DNA of 64,000 bases from an uncultured Verrucomicrobiota bacterium (GTDB lineage: Bacteria > Verrucomicrobiota > Verrucomicrobiia > Methylacidiphilales > CAMAQI01): contig CAZKRU010000001.1 of NCBI GenBank assembly GCA_964555235.1, forward strand, positions 7,915 to 71,914. Reading direction: 5' to 3'. Positions 17,851 through 26,200 of the stretch are shown piece by piece; the first letter of the stretch is position 1, and each line of letters begins with the position of its first letter. The translations under genes and the position numbers were made by a program. The notes under the pieces are model-generated. The model was not told the DNA's origin. It searched no databases and saw nothing but the letters and a program-made list of their open reading frames with translations.

Positions 17851-18156
17851 GATACCCCTTTCTGGATTAGCGACACGTGAGGCCCAGGCGGCATATCACC
17901 GGGTATCTTAAAGCTTCCGAGCGACGATCTTAACTTGGGAAACGCAAAGTACGATTTCTCCGGAAGTGTGGTTAATGAGTATTTTTAAAGCTACGCTCGA
18001 CGATATAGGCCGGCGGAAGGGATGCTCAAAGAGTTCCTTCATGAACTTCCCGTCAGGGGCCGATTGCTCTCAAGGCGGCGAATGCTGCCGCCATGGCAAT
18101 CGCTGTCACCGCAAGAGAACGGTACGAGATTGAGTCCGCCACTAAGGGGGCTCAAG
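17851..18156. other. Structured non-coding segment of unknown identity (possible ncRNA or decayed element end)
   Basis: No convincing ORF. Nested stems include GATACCC 17851-57 / GGGTATC 17901-07, CGATTGC 18061-67 / GCAATCG 18096-102 and an inner GGCGGC 18074-79 / GCCGCC 18087-92. The segment abuts the 42-bp arm-like repeat. Confidence 0.25.
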
Positions 18157-18198
18157 AAATTCCAAAAACGATCCCCCGTACTGGCAATTCTACTGGCA
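18157..18198. repeat. 42-bp repeat shared with the integrase-proximal arm of the island (contains TACTGGCA-N4-TACTGGCA)
   Basis: aaattccaaaaacgatcccccgtactggcaattctactggca matches 58136-58177 at 40/42 positions. The flanks are unrelated on both sides. Confidence 0.65.
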
Positions 18199-18261
18199 CG
18201 AGCCCGATACCGTAGGAGTTACAAAAAATCATTATTTCCGTCAGCACCATAAGTTCAGATA

Positions 18262-18870
18262 TCAACTCTTCAAGCCTTCACTAATCGTTTTTGCTCGAAA
18301 ATAAAGTGCATCATTACCAATGGCTCGCATCCACTCAAGCGCTTTGGATATTTCTGAAGTAGTCGCATCCAGCGCAATCAAGTCTTGGACGTGACGCCGC
18401 CCCTTTTGTCCCTCACAAGCCGCATACAATTTCAAACTGATTAGATCCTGACGACTGGCAAAACATATCGTTAAACAAGGGCCATAATCGACCCTCTTTG
18501 CTCGAAATTGAATTCCCTCGGGAAGCGGCAAATCCAAAAGCGACATCGCTTGATGATTCACCCAATCGGACTGGGCGTTCAAATCCCGGGCAGTTTCCGT
18601 GACAAGATGACAAAAACCTTCAGGCAACGGATTGCGTGTGATTTCCCCTTGATCAAGAACCGCGATAACATCCACATCACGGGTCGTCCTTGAAATTCCA
18701 TGTTGAAGAATCAAATCCGCACCACCCACCACCAGTAATGAAAGCGGAGAATGATCCACAAGTGCCATCTTTCGACCCAAACGAATCAGGAGAGCCTCGA
18801 TCTCCTCCCTGGAATGAACCTCCCGCATTGACTCAAACCCGTTCCACAGGCTTGAACGAACCATCAACAT
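18262..18870 (-). CDS. Nucleotidyltransferase-fold protein (AbiEii/DUF6036-like), cassette copy A
   Basis: 202 aa with the polymerase-beta NTase signature LLVVGGADLILQHGISRTTRDVDVIAV (hGG...DxD). The downstream SRQDLISLKLYA...HVQDLIAL region resembles AbiEii/DUF6036-type NTases. The likelier start is M15 (18828), 4 nt after the stop of the upstream ORF. Confidence 0.75.
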   Translation of the reverse strand: MLMVRSSLWNGFESMREVHSREEIEALLIRLGRKMALVDHSPLSLLVVGGADLILQHGISRTTRDVDVIAVLDQGEITRNPLPEGFCHLVTETARDLNAQSDWVNHQAMSLLDLPLPEGIQFRAKRVDYGPCLTICFASRQDLISLKLYAACEGQKGRRHVQDLIALDATTSEISKALEWMRAIGNDALYFRAKTISEGLKS

Positions 18871-19072
18871 CCCAATGTTTTTCTTGCTTCATACGCACCT
18901 GTCGAGTAGGCGCCTCAGGAAACCGCTTGGGATTTGGAAAATCATTAAGGGCAATCACCCAAAAAGCAGAGGACTGGCGATCCCACAATCCAATATGGGA
19001 ATTGCGCCCTTCCCCTCGATACCAAACTCCATCCTCCAGAGCTTCCATCGAAAAATATGTCTCGGTTGCCAT
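18833..19072 (-). CDS. Small protein of unknown function coupled to NTase gene, copy A
   Basis: 79-aa ORF (MATETYFSMEALEDGVWYRGEGRNSHIGLWD...) tightly coupled to the downstream NTase gene. Both cassette copies are identical at nucleotide level. No family is recognisable by eye. Confidence 0.6.
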   Translation of the reverse strand: MATETYFSMEALEDGVWYRGEGRNSHIGLWDRQSSAFWVIALNDFPNPKRFPEAPTRQVRMKQEKHWDVDGSFKPVERV

Positions 19073-19466
19073 ACTCAGACTCTAACATAGCCTTTGAGAA
19101 GTGTCGAGCCGATCAAAAACATCTTCAACCCAATCGATTATACGTCTGCCGAAGTGCCAAAGTCTCTTTCTGGTAACTCCGGGAGTTTCATTTTGAACGC
19201 ACGAAAGGTGATTTTCGGTGAGAAGCATACTGCCACACGTGAGATCCGCATTCCGAAAATAACCTTCACGGATGAAGATTAAGATAAAATTCGCCCGCCC
19301 GATTATTTTAAATCCAAGTCGATTTTTGGCCTTTGAAAGCCATTTTCAGAAGAAAATCCATTGATCATAGCGATTTTCACGGACCCCTTCCTTATTCAAA
19401 ATAAGGTCGGCGCGATCTAAGATTTGTTATGGCTTTTGTTATGACTTTTCTATTTTTAGAGACTCA

Positions 19467-19484
19467 AAATGACGCAAGTCATTT
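19467..19484 (-). terminator. Hairpin that may be the displaced original tRNA-Cys terminator
   Basis: On the minus strand, directly after the tRNA-3'-end repeat, the sequence reads TTTTTTATTTAC-AAATGAC-TTGC-GTCATTT-TGAG. The stem is 7 bp and the T-run is weak. Confidence 0.35.
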
Positions 19485-19496
19485 GTAAATAAAAAA

Positions 19497-19516
19497 AGGC
19501 GGGAGCCGGAATCGAA
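19497..19516. repeat. Distal att-like direct repeat (copy of tRNA-Cys 3' end)
   Basis: aggcgggagccggaatcgaa is identical (20/20) to 58221-58240, i.e. the T-loop through the discriminator of the tRNA. Identity stops at 19517. Confidence 0.75.
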
Positions 19517-19609
19517 AGATCTTGCTTAATTTTTTGTTACTATAAACTATTTTTGAGAGGAGAACAAGCCATATAGTACGCTTAACAAAACTTAAAATCA
19601 CATAGCCAA

Positions 19610-19629
19610 TACTGGCAAATTTACTGGCA
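19610..19629. repeat. TACTGGCA-N4-TACTGGCA arm-like site at distal island end
   Basis: tactggcaaatttactggca lies 94 bp inside the distal att repeat. Related copies are at 18179-18198 and 58158-58177. Confidence 0.55.
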
Positions 19630-19692
19630 CGAACCCGATGCCGCAGGAGTTACGAAAAATTATTATTCCAGTCATCACCATAAGTTCAGAGA

Positions 19693-20301
19693 TCAACTCT
19701 TCAAGCCTTCACTAATCGCTTTTGCTCGAGAATAAAGCGCATCATTACCAATGACCCGTATCCACTTAAGTGCCTCGGATATTTCCGAAGTAGTCGCATC
19801 CAGCGCAATCAAGTCTTGGACATGACGCCGCCCCTTTTGTCCCTCGCAAGCTGCATACAATTTCAAACTGATGAGATCCTGACGACTGGCAAAACATATC
19901 GTTAAACAAGGACCATAATCGACCCTCTTTGCTCGAAGTTGAATTCCCTCAGGAAGCGGCAAATCCAAAAGCGGCATCGCTTGATGATTCACCCAATCGG
20001 ACTGGGCGTTCAAATCCCGGGCCGTTTCCGTAACCAGATGGCAAAAACCTTCAGGCAGCGGATTGCGTGTGATTTCCCCCTGATCAAGAACCGCAACAAC
20101 ATCCACATCACGGGTCGTCCTTGAAATTCCATGTTGAAGAATCAAATCCGCACCACCCACCACCAGTAATGAAAGCGGAGAATGATCCACAAGTGCCATC
20201 TTTCGACCCAAACGAATCAGGAGAGCCTCGATCTCCTCCCTGGAATGAACCTCCCGCATTGACTCAAACCCGTTCCACAGGCTTGAACGAACCATCAACA
20301 T
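19693..20301 (-). CDS. Nucleotidyltransferase-fold protein (AbiEii/DUF6036-like), cassette copy B
   Basis: 202 aa with 9 substitutions relative to copy A, all from residue 69 onward. The hGG...DxD signature is the same. Confidence 0.75.
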   Translation of the reverse strand: MLMVRSSLWNGFESMREVHSREEIEALLIRLGRKMALVDHSPLSLLVVGGADLILQHGISRTTRDVDVVAVLDQGEITRNPLPEGFCHLVTETARDLNAQSDWVNHQAMPLLDLPLPEGIQLRAKRVDYGPCLTICFASRQDLISLKLYAACEGQKGRRHVQDLIALDATTSEISEALKWIRVIGNDALYSRAKAISEGLKS

Positions 20302-20503
20302 CCCAATGTTTTTCTTGCTTCATACGCACCTGTCGAGTAGGCGCCTCAGGAAACCGCTTGGGATTTGGAAAATCATTAAGGGCAATCACCCAAAAAGCAG
20401 AGGACTGGCGATCCCACAATCCAATATGGGAATTGCGCCCTTCCCCTCGATACCAAACTCCATCCTCCAGAGCTTCCATCGAAAAATATGTCTCGGTTGC
20501 CAT
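20264..20503 (-). CDS. Small protein of unknown function coupled to NTase gene, copy B
   Basis: 79 aa, identical to 18833..19072. Confidence 0.6.
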   Translation of the reverse strand: MATETYFSMEALEDGVWYRGEGRNSHIGLWDRQSSAFWVIALNDFPNPKRFPEAPTRQVRMKQEKHWDVDGSFKPVERV

Positions 20504-20790
20504 ACTCGAACTCTAGCATAGCCTTTGAGAAGTGTCGAGCCGATCAAAAACATCTTCAAGTCAGTGTGGATATGATCCGGCGAGTGCTGAAAGGCCTTCA
20601 AAAAGAAAAATCCGTGATCTGCATCGAAAAAGGACAGCAGGCTAAATGGAAAAAGGCCAATTAGGTAATGAATTGGGTAATGAGCAAGAAGAATCCCGAG
20701 CCTTTAAGGATTTTTCGACTGAAGGATTGATTTTGATTTAACGGAATGCCCGAGAAACATTTGACGAGGGGAGATCTCATCCATCACAAT

Positions 20791-20878
20791 ACGTAGCAGG
20801 CCATGACCTGCGGAGTTTTCCTTTTTTGAGGAGCTTGCCGACGAGATCGTAAAAATGGGCCCCATTTTTACTATGCTC
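20791..20878. repeat. Left arm of ~88-bp imperfect inverted repeat
   Basis: acgtagcaggcc...gtaaaaatgggccccatttttactatgctc matches the reverse complement of 21694-21778 at ~75-80% by eye. It contains the palindrome GTAAAAATGGGCCCCATTTTTAC (20849-20871). Confidence 0.6.
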
Positions 20879-21140
20879 ATTGTTGACAAAATGGGGCATT
20901 TTTTGACCCATTTAGCAGGCTTCCGGTTCCTGTTCCACACCTCTCTCCGAAGCCAAAACGGGCAACTTGCCCGCTCCCTCCACCTCGGCCGCAAGAGGCG
21001 AGACGGAGCGGTTGCCAATCATCCGCAACAGGGCAATACCTCGAATTCACTCTTTTTCAGCCTTGTGAAAGACTGATAAAAAATCCTCAGACGTCTCTCC
21101 TAAGCTCCCGCTTGAGGGGCGGAACCACATCCACAAAAGA

Positions 21141-21221
21141 CTTCGAACAGAGATCGAACGAACTTCGAACACCGTTCGAGCTTCGTTCGAAGCTTGTTCG
21201 ATCTTCCCGGAAAAGTCCGGG
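21141..21221. repeat. TTCGAAC-rich imperfect palindrome cluster plus CCCGG/CCGGG hairpin
   Basis: cttcgaacagagatcgaacgaacttcgaac-acc-gttcgagcttcgttcgaagcttgttcgatc has about 22/30 arm complementarity. It is followed by cccggaaaagtccggg (21206-21221). Confidence 0.5.
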
Positions 21222-21693
21222 ATTGAGAATTTTCATCACCCTGAAAATCGACGCCGCAAGCAATTGACACCGGGAGTTGGTTCGCTTTTCTAAGTGATTC
21301 TAACGATGTCAAAATATCACGTACCATCCCGATCACTCACTTGAAAACCACCCTCCATCCCGACCCTGGCATTGAATCACGACATCTCCGGTCGGGAAAG
21401 AACCTGCCGACCCAACCCCTCTGGAAGGAGTTTTCCACCAACCCTCTTCCCCTTGAAATTCCAACCGCCAAGGAATGGAACGAGGATCTCGTTCATCGCG
21501 TTGGCATGAAAAAGAAGCTCTTTGTAAGCCACTCACCCTGCCCGGCATTCCAGCCCGCGCCTTCATCCATGAACCCTTTCCCCCTTGCCATCAACCACGC
21601 CCCCATCCGGGCAAATACCTATTTATCCCGTGTCGGTTCCATACGTCAGGACTCGGCTCAAAACCAAGAAATGGTCACCATTTCTTTTGAAAT

Positions 21694-21778
21694 GAGCATA
21701 GCAAAAATGGGCGCCATTTTTGCCTTCTCGTCATTCCTCCTCAAAAAACCGGACTCCACAGGTCTGGGCCTGCTACGT
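21694..21778. repeat. Right arm of ~88-bp imperfect inverted repeat
   Basis: Contains GCAAAAATGG-gcg-CCATTTTTGC (21701-21723). AGAAATGGT-c-ACCATTTCT lies just upstream (21667-21685). Confidence 0.6.
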
Positions 21779-21927
21779 CCACAACTTAAAAATCCAATGA
21801 AAACCAAACGCTATAACATCACTTTTGATACGTCCGAAAAGATCCCAGCAGCCATCCGGGCTCGGGAAATCAAAGCCAAGCTCAAACTTTTTCACGAAAA
21901 TTTTTCCAAAAAGTTTGAGTTAAATCC

Positions 21928-22614
21928 CTAGCCAACCGCTAATTCTTGTAATCGATCGAGGACCATCGGAATCCGATTTTGATTGCCGGGCCCCGCCGGA
22001 AAATGTCCCGGCAGAGCTTCACGAAAAGCATTGTTCTTCAACAAAATTGAAAATTCCGCCGCCAAATAGAGCCTTAAATCGGCGGGACCTTGACGGACTT
22101 CGGCAACAATTCCTGAGCGACCATCGACAACAGCCAAGAGATCTTCCAGATCATGACTGGCAAAATAGTCTCCCTCGCCGCGATCTTTGAACGCCTCCAG
22201 TTTTGTCGCCAGAAAGTATTTCGCTTCAATAATTGGAGCCATTTGGTCCGGGCTCACCTGTTTATTTGAAGCACTTGCCAATGCTTCCCGAAACCAGCGA
22301 GACCGTAATCCCAAAACAGTGGAATCAATCGGCATCACATCCACTTTGCAATTTTCGATCAGGTAACGGCAAATCGGAGCCCCTTCAGAAGTGTCGTTCA
22401 CGAAGCCATCCCTCCTCAATCGCGATTCAAGTTTGGCGTAGCTCGCCTGCGTTGTGACTTCGACAATTGCATCCACATCTTTGGTTGGACGAATCTCGTG
22501 CAGTTCCGGATGATCCATCAGCAACGGAACAATGCTACCACCCAAAAAGCCATGAGGAACCTCGAGCCGTTGCAAACGGCGGGTAACAATGGCAATGGAT
22601 TCAACCGGACTCAT
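21928..22614 (-). CDS. Nucleotidyltransferase-fold protein, AbiEii-like toxin candidate
   Basis: 228 aa with the NTase motif FLGGSIVPLL...RPTKDVDAIVEV and KLEAFKDRGEGDYFASHDLEDLL near the C-terminus. A 4-nt ATGA overlap links it to the upstream gene. Confidence 0.8.
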   Translation of the reverse strand: MSPVESIAIVTRRLQRLEVPHGFLGGSIVPLLMDHPELHEIRPTKDVDAIVEVTTQASYAKLESRLRRDGFVNDTSEGAPICRYLIENCKVDVMPIDSTVLGLRSRWFREALASASNKQVSPDQMAPIIEAKYFLATKLEAFKDRGEGDYFASHDLEDLLAVVDGRSGIVAEVRQGPADLRLYLAAEFSILLKNNAFREALPGHFPAGPGNQNRIPMVLDRLQELAVG

Positions 22615-23162
22615 TCAGACACCGTCTGGGCTTCTCCTAACGATTCCAATCGTTGGCGCAATTCCGAAGCAGCCATGTTCCGTTCACGCGCTCGACCCTC
22701 CCTCAAGGCATCCACTAAGGCCAATAATTCATAAAGCTTTGAATCTCGACGGGCGGCATAAGGTACATTCGAGAAGAGCGGTTCCAAGGCATAACCACGA
22801 ACCTTGCCTTCCGCATCAGGCCAAACAGGGGACAGATCTTTTCCTTTCTCTTGCTGAAGCTGGTCACATAAGGGTGGAGCGGCATAGGAGGTCGGCATTC
22901 CTCGGGTGGGAGCGCCACGACGCGCCGGGAAAGCATATTTGACCCCGTGAAGTAGATATTCGAGGAGCGCACTGACTCGAGGCCTTTTTGCCTTTAAATC
23001 AAACAACCCGGCCTCAGAAGCCCTGCGGCTAGCTCCATGAACTTCTCCCACGCTCATTCCCAATTCTCCTGCCATTTCGGCATAGGTTCGCAACGTGGGC
23101 ATCGAGAGCCACTTGAGCAGAACTACCACATCTTGAGATTTCGCAGTCACACTTATATTCAT
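22611..23162 (-). CDS. Winged-HTH-like partner protein, AbiEi-like antitoxin/regulator candidate
   Basis: 183 aa. The N-terminal segment TYAEMAGELGMSVGEVHGASRRASEAGL looks like an HTH. The gene is translationally coupled to the NTase gene. Confidence 0.65.
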   Translation of the reverse strand: MNISVTAKSQDVVVLLKWLSMPTLRTYAEMAGELGMSVGEVHGASRRASEAGLFDLKAKRPRVSALLEYLLHGVKYAFPARRGAPTRGMPTSYAAPPLCDQLQQEKGKDLSPVWPDAEGKVRGYALEPLFSNVPYAARRDSKLYELLALVDALREGRARERNMAASELRQRLESLGEAQTVSE

Positions 23163-23183
23163 AATTCATGAATTGTGAATATA
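23154..23183. promoter_or_regulatory. 30-bp near-perfect palindrome over the start of the wHTH gene (candidate autoregulatory operator)
   Basis: tatattcataattcatgaattgtgaatata is 28/30 self-complementary and includes the start codon at 23160-23162. Confidence 0.55.
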
Positions 23184-23225
23184 CAAGGCATTTCTATCAC
23201 TTTTTGCCCCCTTCAGGACATTCAA

Positions 23226-26200
23226 CTAAAACCGACTGGTAACGCCCAAATCCAACTGATGAGAACAAGACTCTAAGTTGACGCGGGCTTCATAGCCAAA
23301 GTTGAGTGTTGTCGTTTCGCTAAATCTGAGTTGGAATCCGGCTCCCGGAATGATCATCTCCCGCCCTGCTCCTTCTGGATGCACGGTAAAGGCATCGCCT
23401 CCTGCGGCAAACTGGGCGCGAATCTCGTTTGGTTTCTCCCATTGATGCGAACCCATCAGTCTAAGTTCCGGGATCCATTTCCAGCCGTTGTAGTTAAACG
23501 GACGACTCACTCGCATTCCGGCTCCCGTCTCTGCGGAGGCTCCCGCTTGAGAACCAAGATTCAATCGCGCTGCGGAGCCCCGCTCCTTGTATTTCTCAAT
23601 CCATTGATACCCGTAGTCTAGTTTTGCGATTGGGCCCCAGACCCATTCCTCCGCCTGAAAATCGACTCCTCCGACGATTTGTCCTGATAAATCATACCCT
23701 TGCGTTGAGCCTGATGCGGTCTCTCCGATAAATCCAATATTTCGTTTCGTATCAAAGCTCGTTGTTCCTGCTCCGAGACTTCCATTCAAATAATACCCGT
23801 TCTTGTGGTACCCTCCGTAGATTCCGATTCTTCCGGAATTTGCCTCCACCGATCCTCCGCCCCCTCCAAGTTTCGTGTCGGCGTACCCTTGACCTGCAAA
23901 GAACCCGGCCGTTACTTCTTTCGTTAGTTCCTGATCAATCCCTGCCGTGATTCCTCCCAATCGGTTCTCATACCCGATCCTTCTTTCATCCGAATCGACA
24001 TCCGAGTAGCTCCCGGTCGTATTCACAAAGAATCCGGTCTTTCCTGAAAACTTCTTCTTCGGGATCAGGATTGCTCCCTTTTCGACGGCGAGCAGTTCAT
24101 TTTCATAATCTCCATCGAGCGTTTGAAGGGTGATTCCATTCAGACTGACTCCTCGATCTCCCCATCGGATCTGACTTAGTCTTTGGTTTGTTCCGCTGTT
24201 ACTGATGCTTCCGAACTGTTTCACCGTCGCACTCATCGCCGTTAACTTTTCAGGACTCAATTGATCGTAGGCCGTCTTTAATCCGCTGTTGTCTTGCCGC
24301 ATCAATCCATTGAAGATCTTTCCGACATCACTCGTTGCGGTGACTCCCGAACTTCCTGCTACCGTTCTGGCATCAATCGCTGCCGGACGAAAACTTTGCA
24401 AGGCTCGACCGACGGAGTTCTGGTTTGAATTGAATCCGGAGACATTTCCAAAATCTGCAGGAACTGCGAAGAGATTCACTTCCGTGTTCCGATACTCCGG
24501 CATCCAGCTCACTCCGTTGCCATTGCCTGAAAAGTCATACGACTGAAACGAGCCTGTCACCGAGGAGGCCGTCAGGAAGGTGACTTTCGTTCCGAACTGA
24601 GGAACGAAGTTTGTTGAACCAGAGAAGATCGTGAACCCTTGCAAGGTTCCTCCATTGATGACAGCAGCTCCTCCGACTTGCGTTTGATCGTAAAAACCAC
24701 TTCCGTTTCCAGCGGTCGCTCCGTCGATTTCAATCAGAAGCGAGCCTCCGGGATTGATGGTGAGAGAACCGACTTGTTGGATCCCGGGGGAATTTCCCGG
24801 ACTGTACAGTGCTCCGCTATTAATCACGAGATCTCCGGAGATCGTTCCACGTCCCTTCAGGGTTCCTCCGTTCGCCACGACGTTCCCTGCCCAATTCCCA
24901 CCCGCTGACGTTCCGATCGTGAGCGTTCCTGAGTTGACCGTCGCCATCCCCGTTGAGGTGTTTGCTCCAATGAGCGTTTGAGATCCCGTTCCGGTTTGCG
25001 TAATTCCAGTGGTACCCCCATAAGCGGTCGCGTCAGGCGCGAGCTCCAAGTTATTCGCCGACAAACTTACGGTTAGACTGATCGTATTTGCATTGTACAC
25101 CAGTGCACCCGAAAATCCTCCTCCCGCGATTGTGACCGCCCCCAGTTCATTGGTAAATCCATGTGCAGTTGCCGTGGTTCCAGAATCACTGAAAAAATCG
25201 TAAAGGGTAAAACTCCCGGCAGCAAAACCAGCTCCTTGATTGATCGTGATCGCATTACTGTTCAATACGACTTCGCCATTACTGTAATTAAAGAAGCGAA
25301 CTTTATCGCTCGTCGTTCCCAACGTGAAAACAAAGGTGGAGCCTGAATCAAAGGTCGTTGATCCTGCCAGCGCCGCTGCAGCATTATCGAAAACGAGCGA
25401 CTGATTTCCATTCCCCGGGGTTACGGTTCCTGAAAAATGCAACTGCCCAGTACTCCCATTCGCTACCGTGATCGTGCGACTTGTGTTACCGGTCGAAAGA
25501 TTGCCCAAGGTCATATTCGCTCCTGTTAAAGTAAAGGTCGGATTACCGGTGAGTGTGGTTGCGCCAAAAATAAGCCCGGCGGTTCCTGAAGTGACATTCG
25601 CTCCTTTGTTCACCGTCAACGGATTGGTGCCGACGGAGAGCGTCCCCATCGTGTGATTAATTCCGGCTCCTGCAGTGGCCCGATCAATGGTAATCGTGGT
25701 ATCTCCTGAGCTTGCCGCATTGACGGTAGTATTATTCCCAAAAGTCGTCGCCGTATCATTCGTTAAAGTTAACGTCCCCTTATTCAGAGTGAGTACCCCT
25801 TTCGTCCCCGTTTGCCCGAGTGAGTTTCCATCCCGAAGATCGATTTGATCCCCGGTATTCACTCCATTCAGCACGAGTGTCCCCGTAAAACCGGTATTGG
25901 CGGCGCCAATCAACATCTTCACGGTATTTGTCCCATTCGTCGACCCGCTAAAGGTCAAGGTATTGCCGCCCACCAATTGCCCGGCGGTGTTCAATTGAAA
26001 GACCGTTCCCGCGAGAGAGGTAATTTGAATCTCTCCATTGCCCCCTGAAAAATCGAGCACACGACTCGCCCCCAAAGTAAAGTTGTTCGCGCGAAATCTT
26101 CCCCCACCAAAAATCAAATCATTGGCGGCATCTCCCAACCGGCCATCATTCAGAGTAACTAGCGTCCCCCCATTGAGGAGCCAGTTTCCGGTGAACGTAT

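Larger units (their letters stand above)
18179..19128. repeat. 950-bp direct repeat, copy A (79-aa ORF + NTase gene cassette), outside the island
   Basis: Aligns end to end with 19610-20559 (period 1431 bp). Positions 18667-19075 are 100% identical; the rest is ~5% diverged by eye. Confidence 0.85.
19610..20559. repeat. 950-bp direct repeat, copy B (79-aa ORF + NTase gene cassette), inside the island
   Basis: See copy A. Confidence 0.85.

Noticed and set aside
17851-18156. tmRNA (ssrA), a classic island target, as the identity of the structured segment. CTGGATTAGCGAC resembles the tmRNA 5' GGATTCGAC region.
   Set aside because: The terminal pairing would be CCCCTT/AAGGGG rather than a G-starting tRNA-Ala-like acceptor. 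No clean T-arm could be folded. No tag ORF ending in a typical ...LAA/VAA was found on either strand. SRP, RNase P and common riboswitch signatures are also absent by eye.
18022-18252. 76-aa ORF spanning the structured region and the 42-bp repeat.
   Set aside because: The composition is R/L/P-rich with no start context. It runs through repeat and hairpin sequence and is better explained as non-coding.
19085-19335. Minus-strand open frame upstream of cassette copy A (...IIGRANFILIFIREGYFRNADLTCGSMLLTENHLSCVQNETPGVTRKRLWHFGRRIIDWVEDVFDRLDTSQRLC*), possibly a third cassette gene.
   Set aside because: The only ATG gives 48 aa. The frame is closed by a stop immediately upstream of the homologous stretch in copy B. 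No family is recognisable. It may be a gene remnant, which is not enough to call.
20704-21931. ORFs 20704..21018 (-), 21100..21336 (-), 21333..21566 (-) and 21341..21931 (+) as real genes, including the short MSI[AV]KMG[AP]IF... peptides encoded in both inverted-repeat arms (type I toxin idea).
   Set aside because: They have no motifs and an odd composition, and they overlap one another. The peptide similarity follows trivially from the DNA inverted repeat. Transcript or peptide evidence would be needed.
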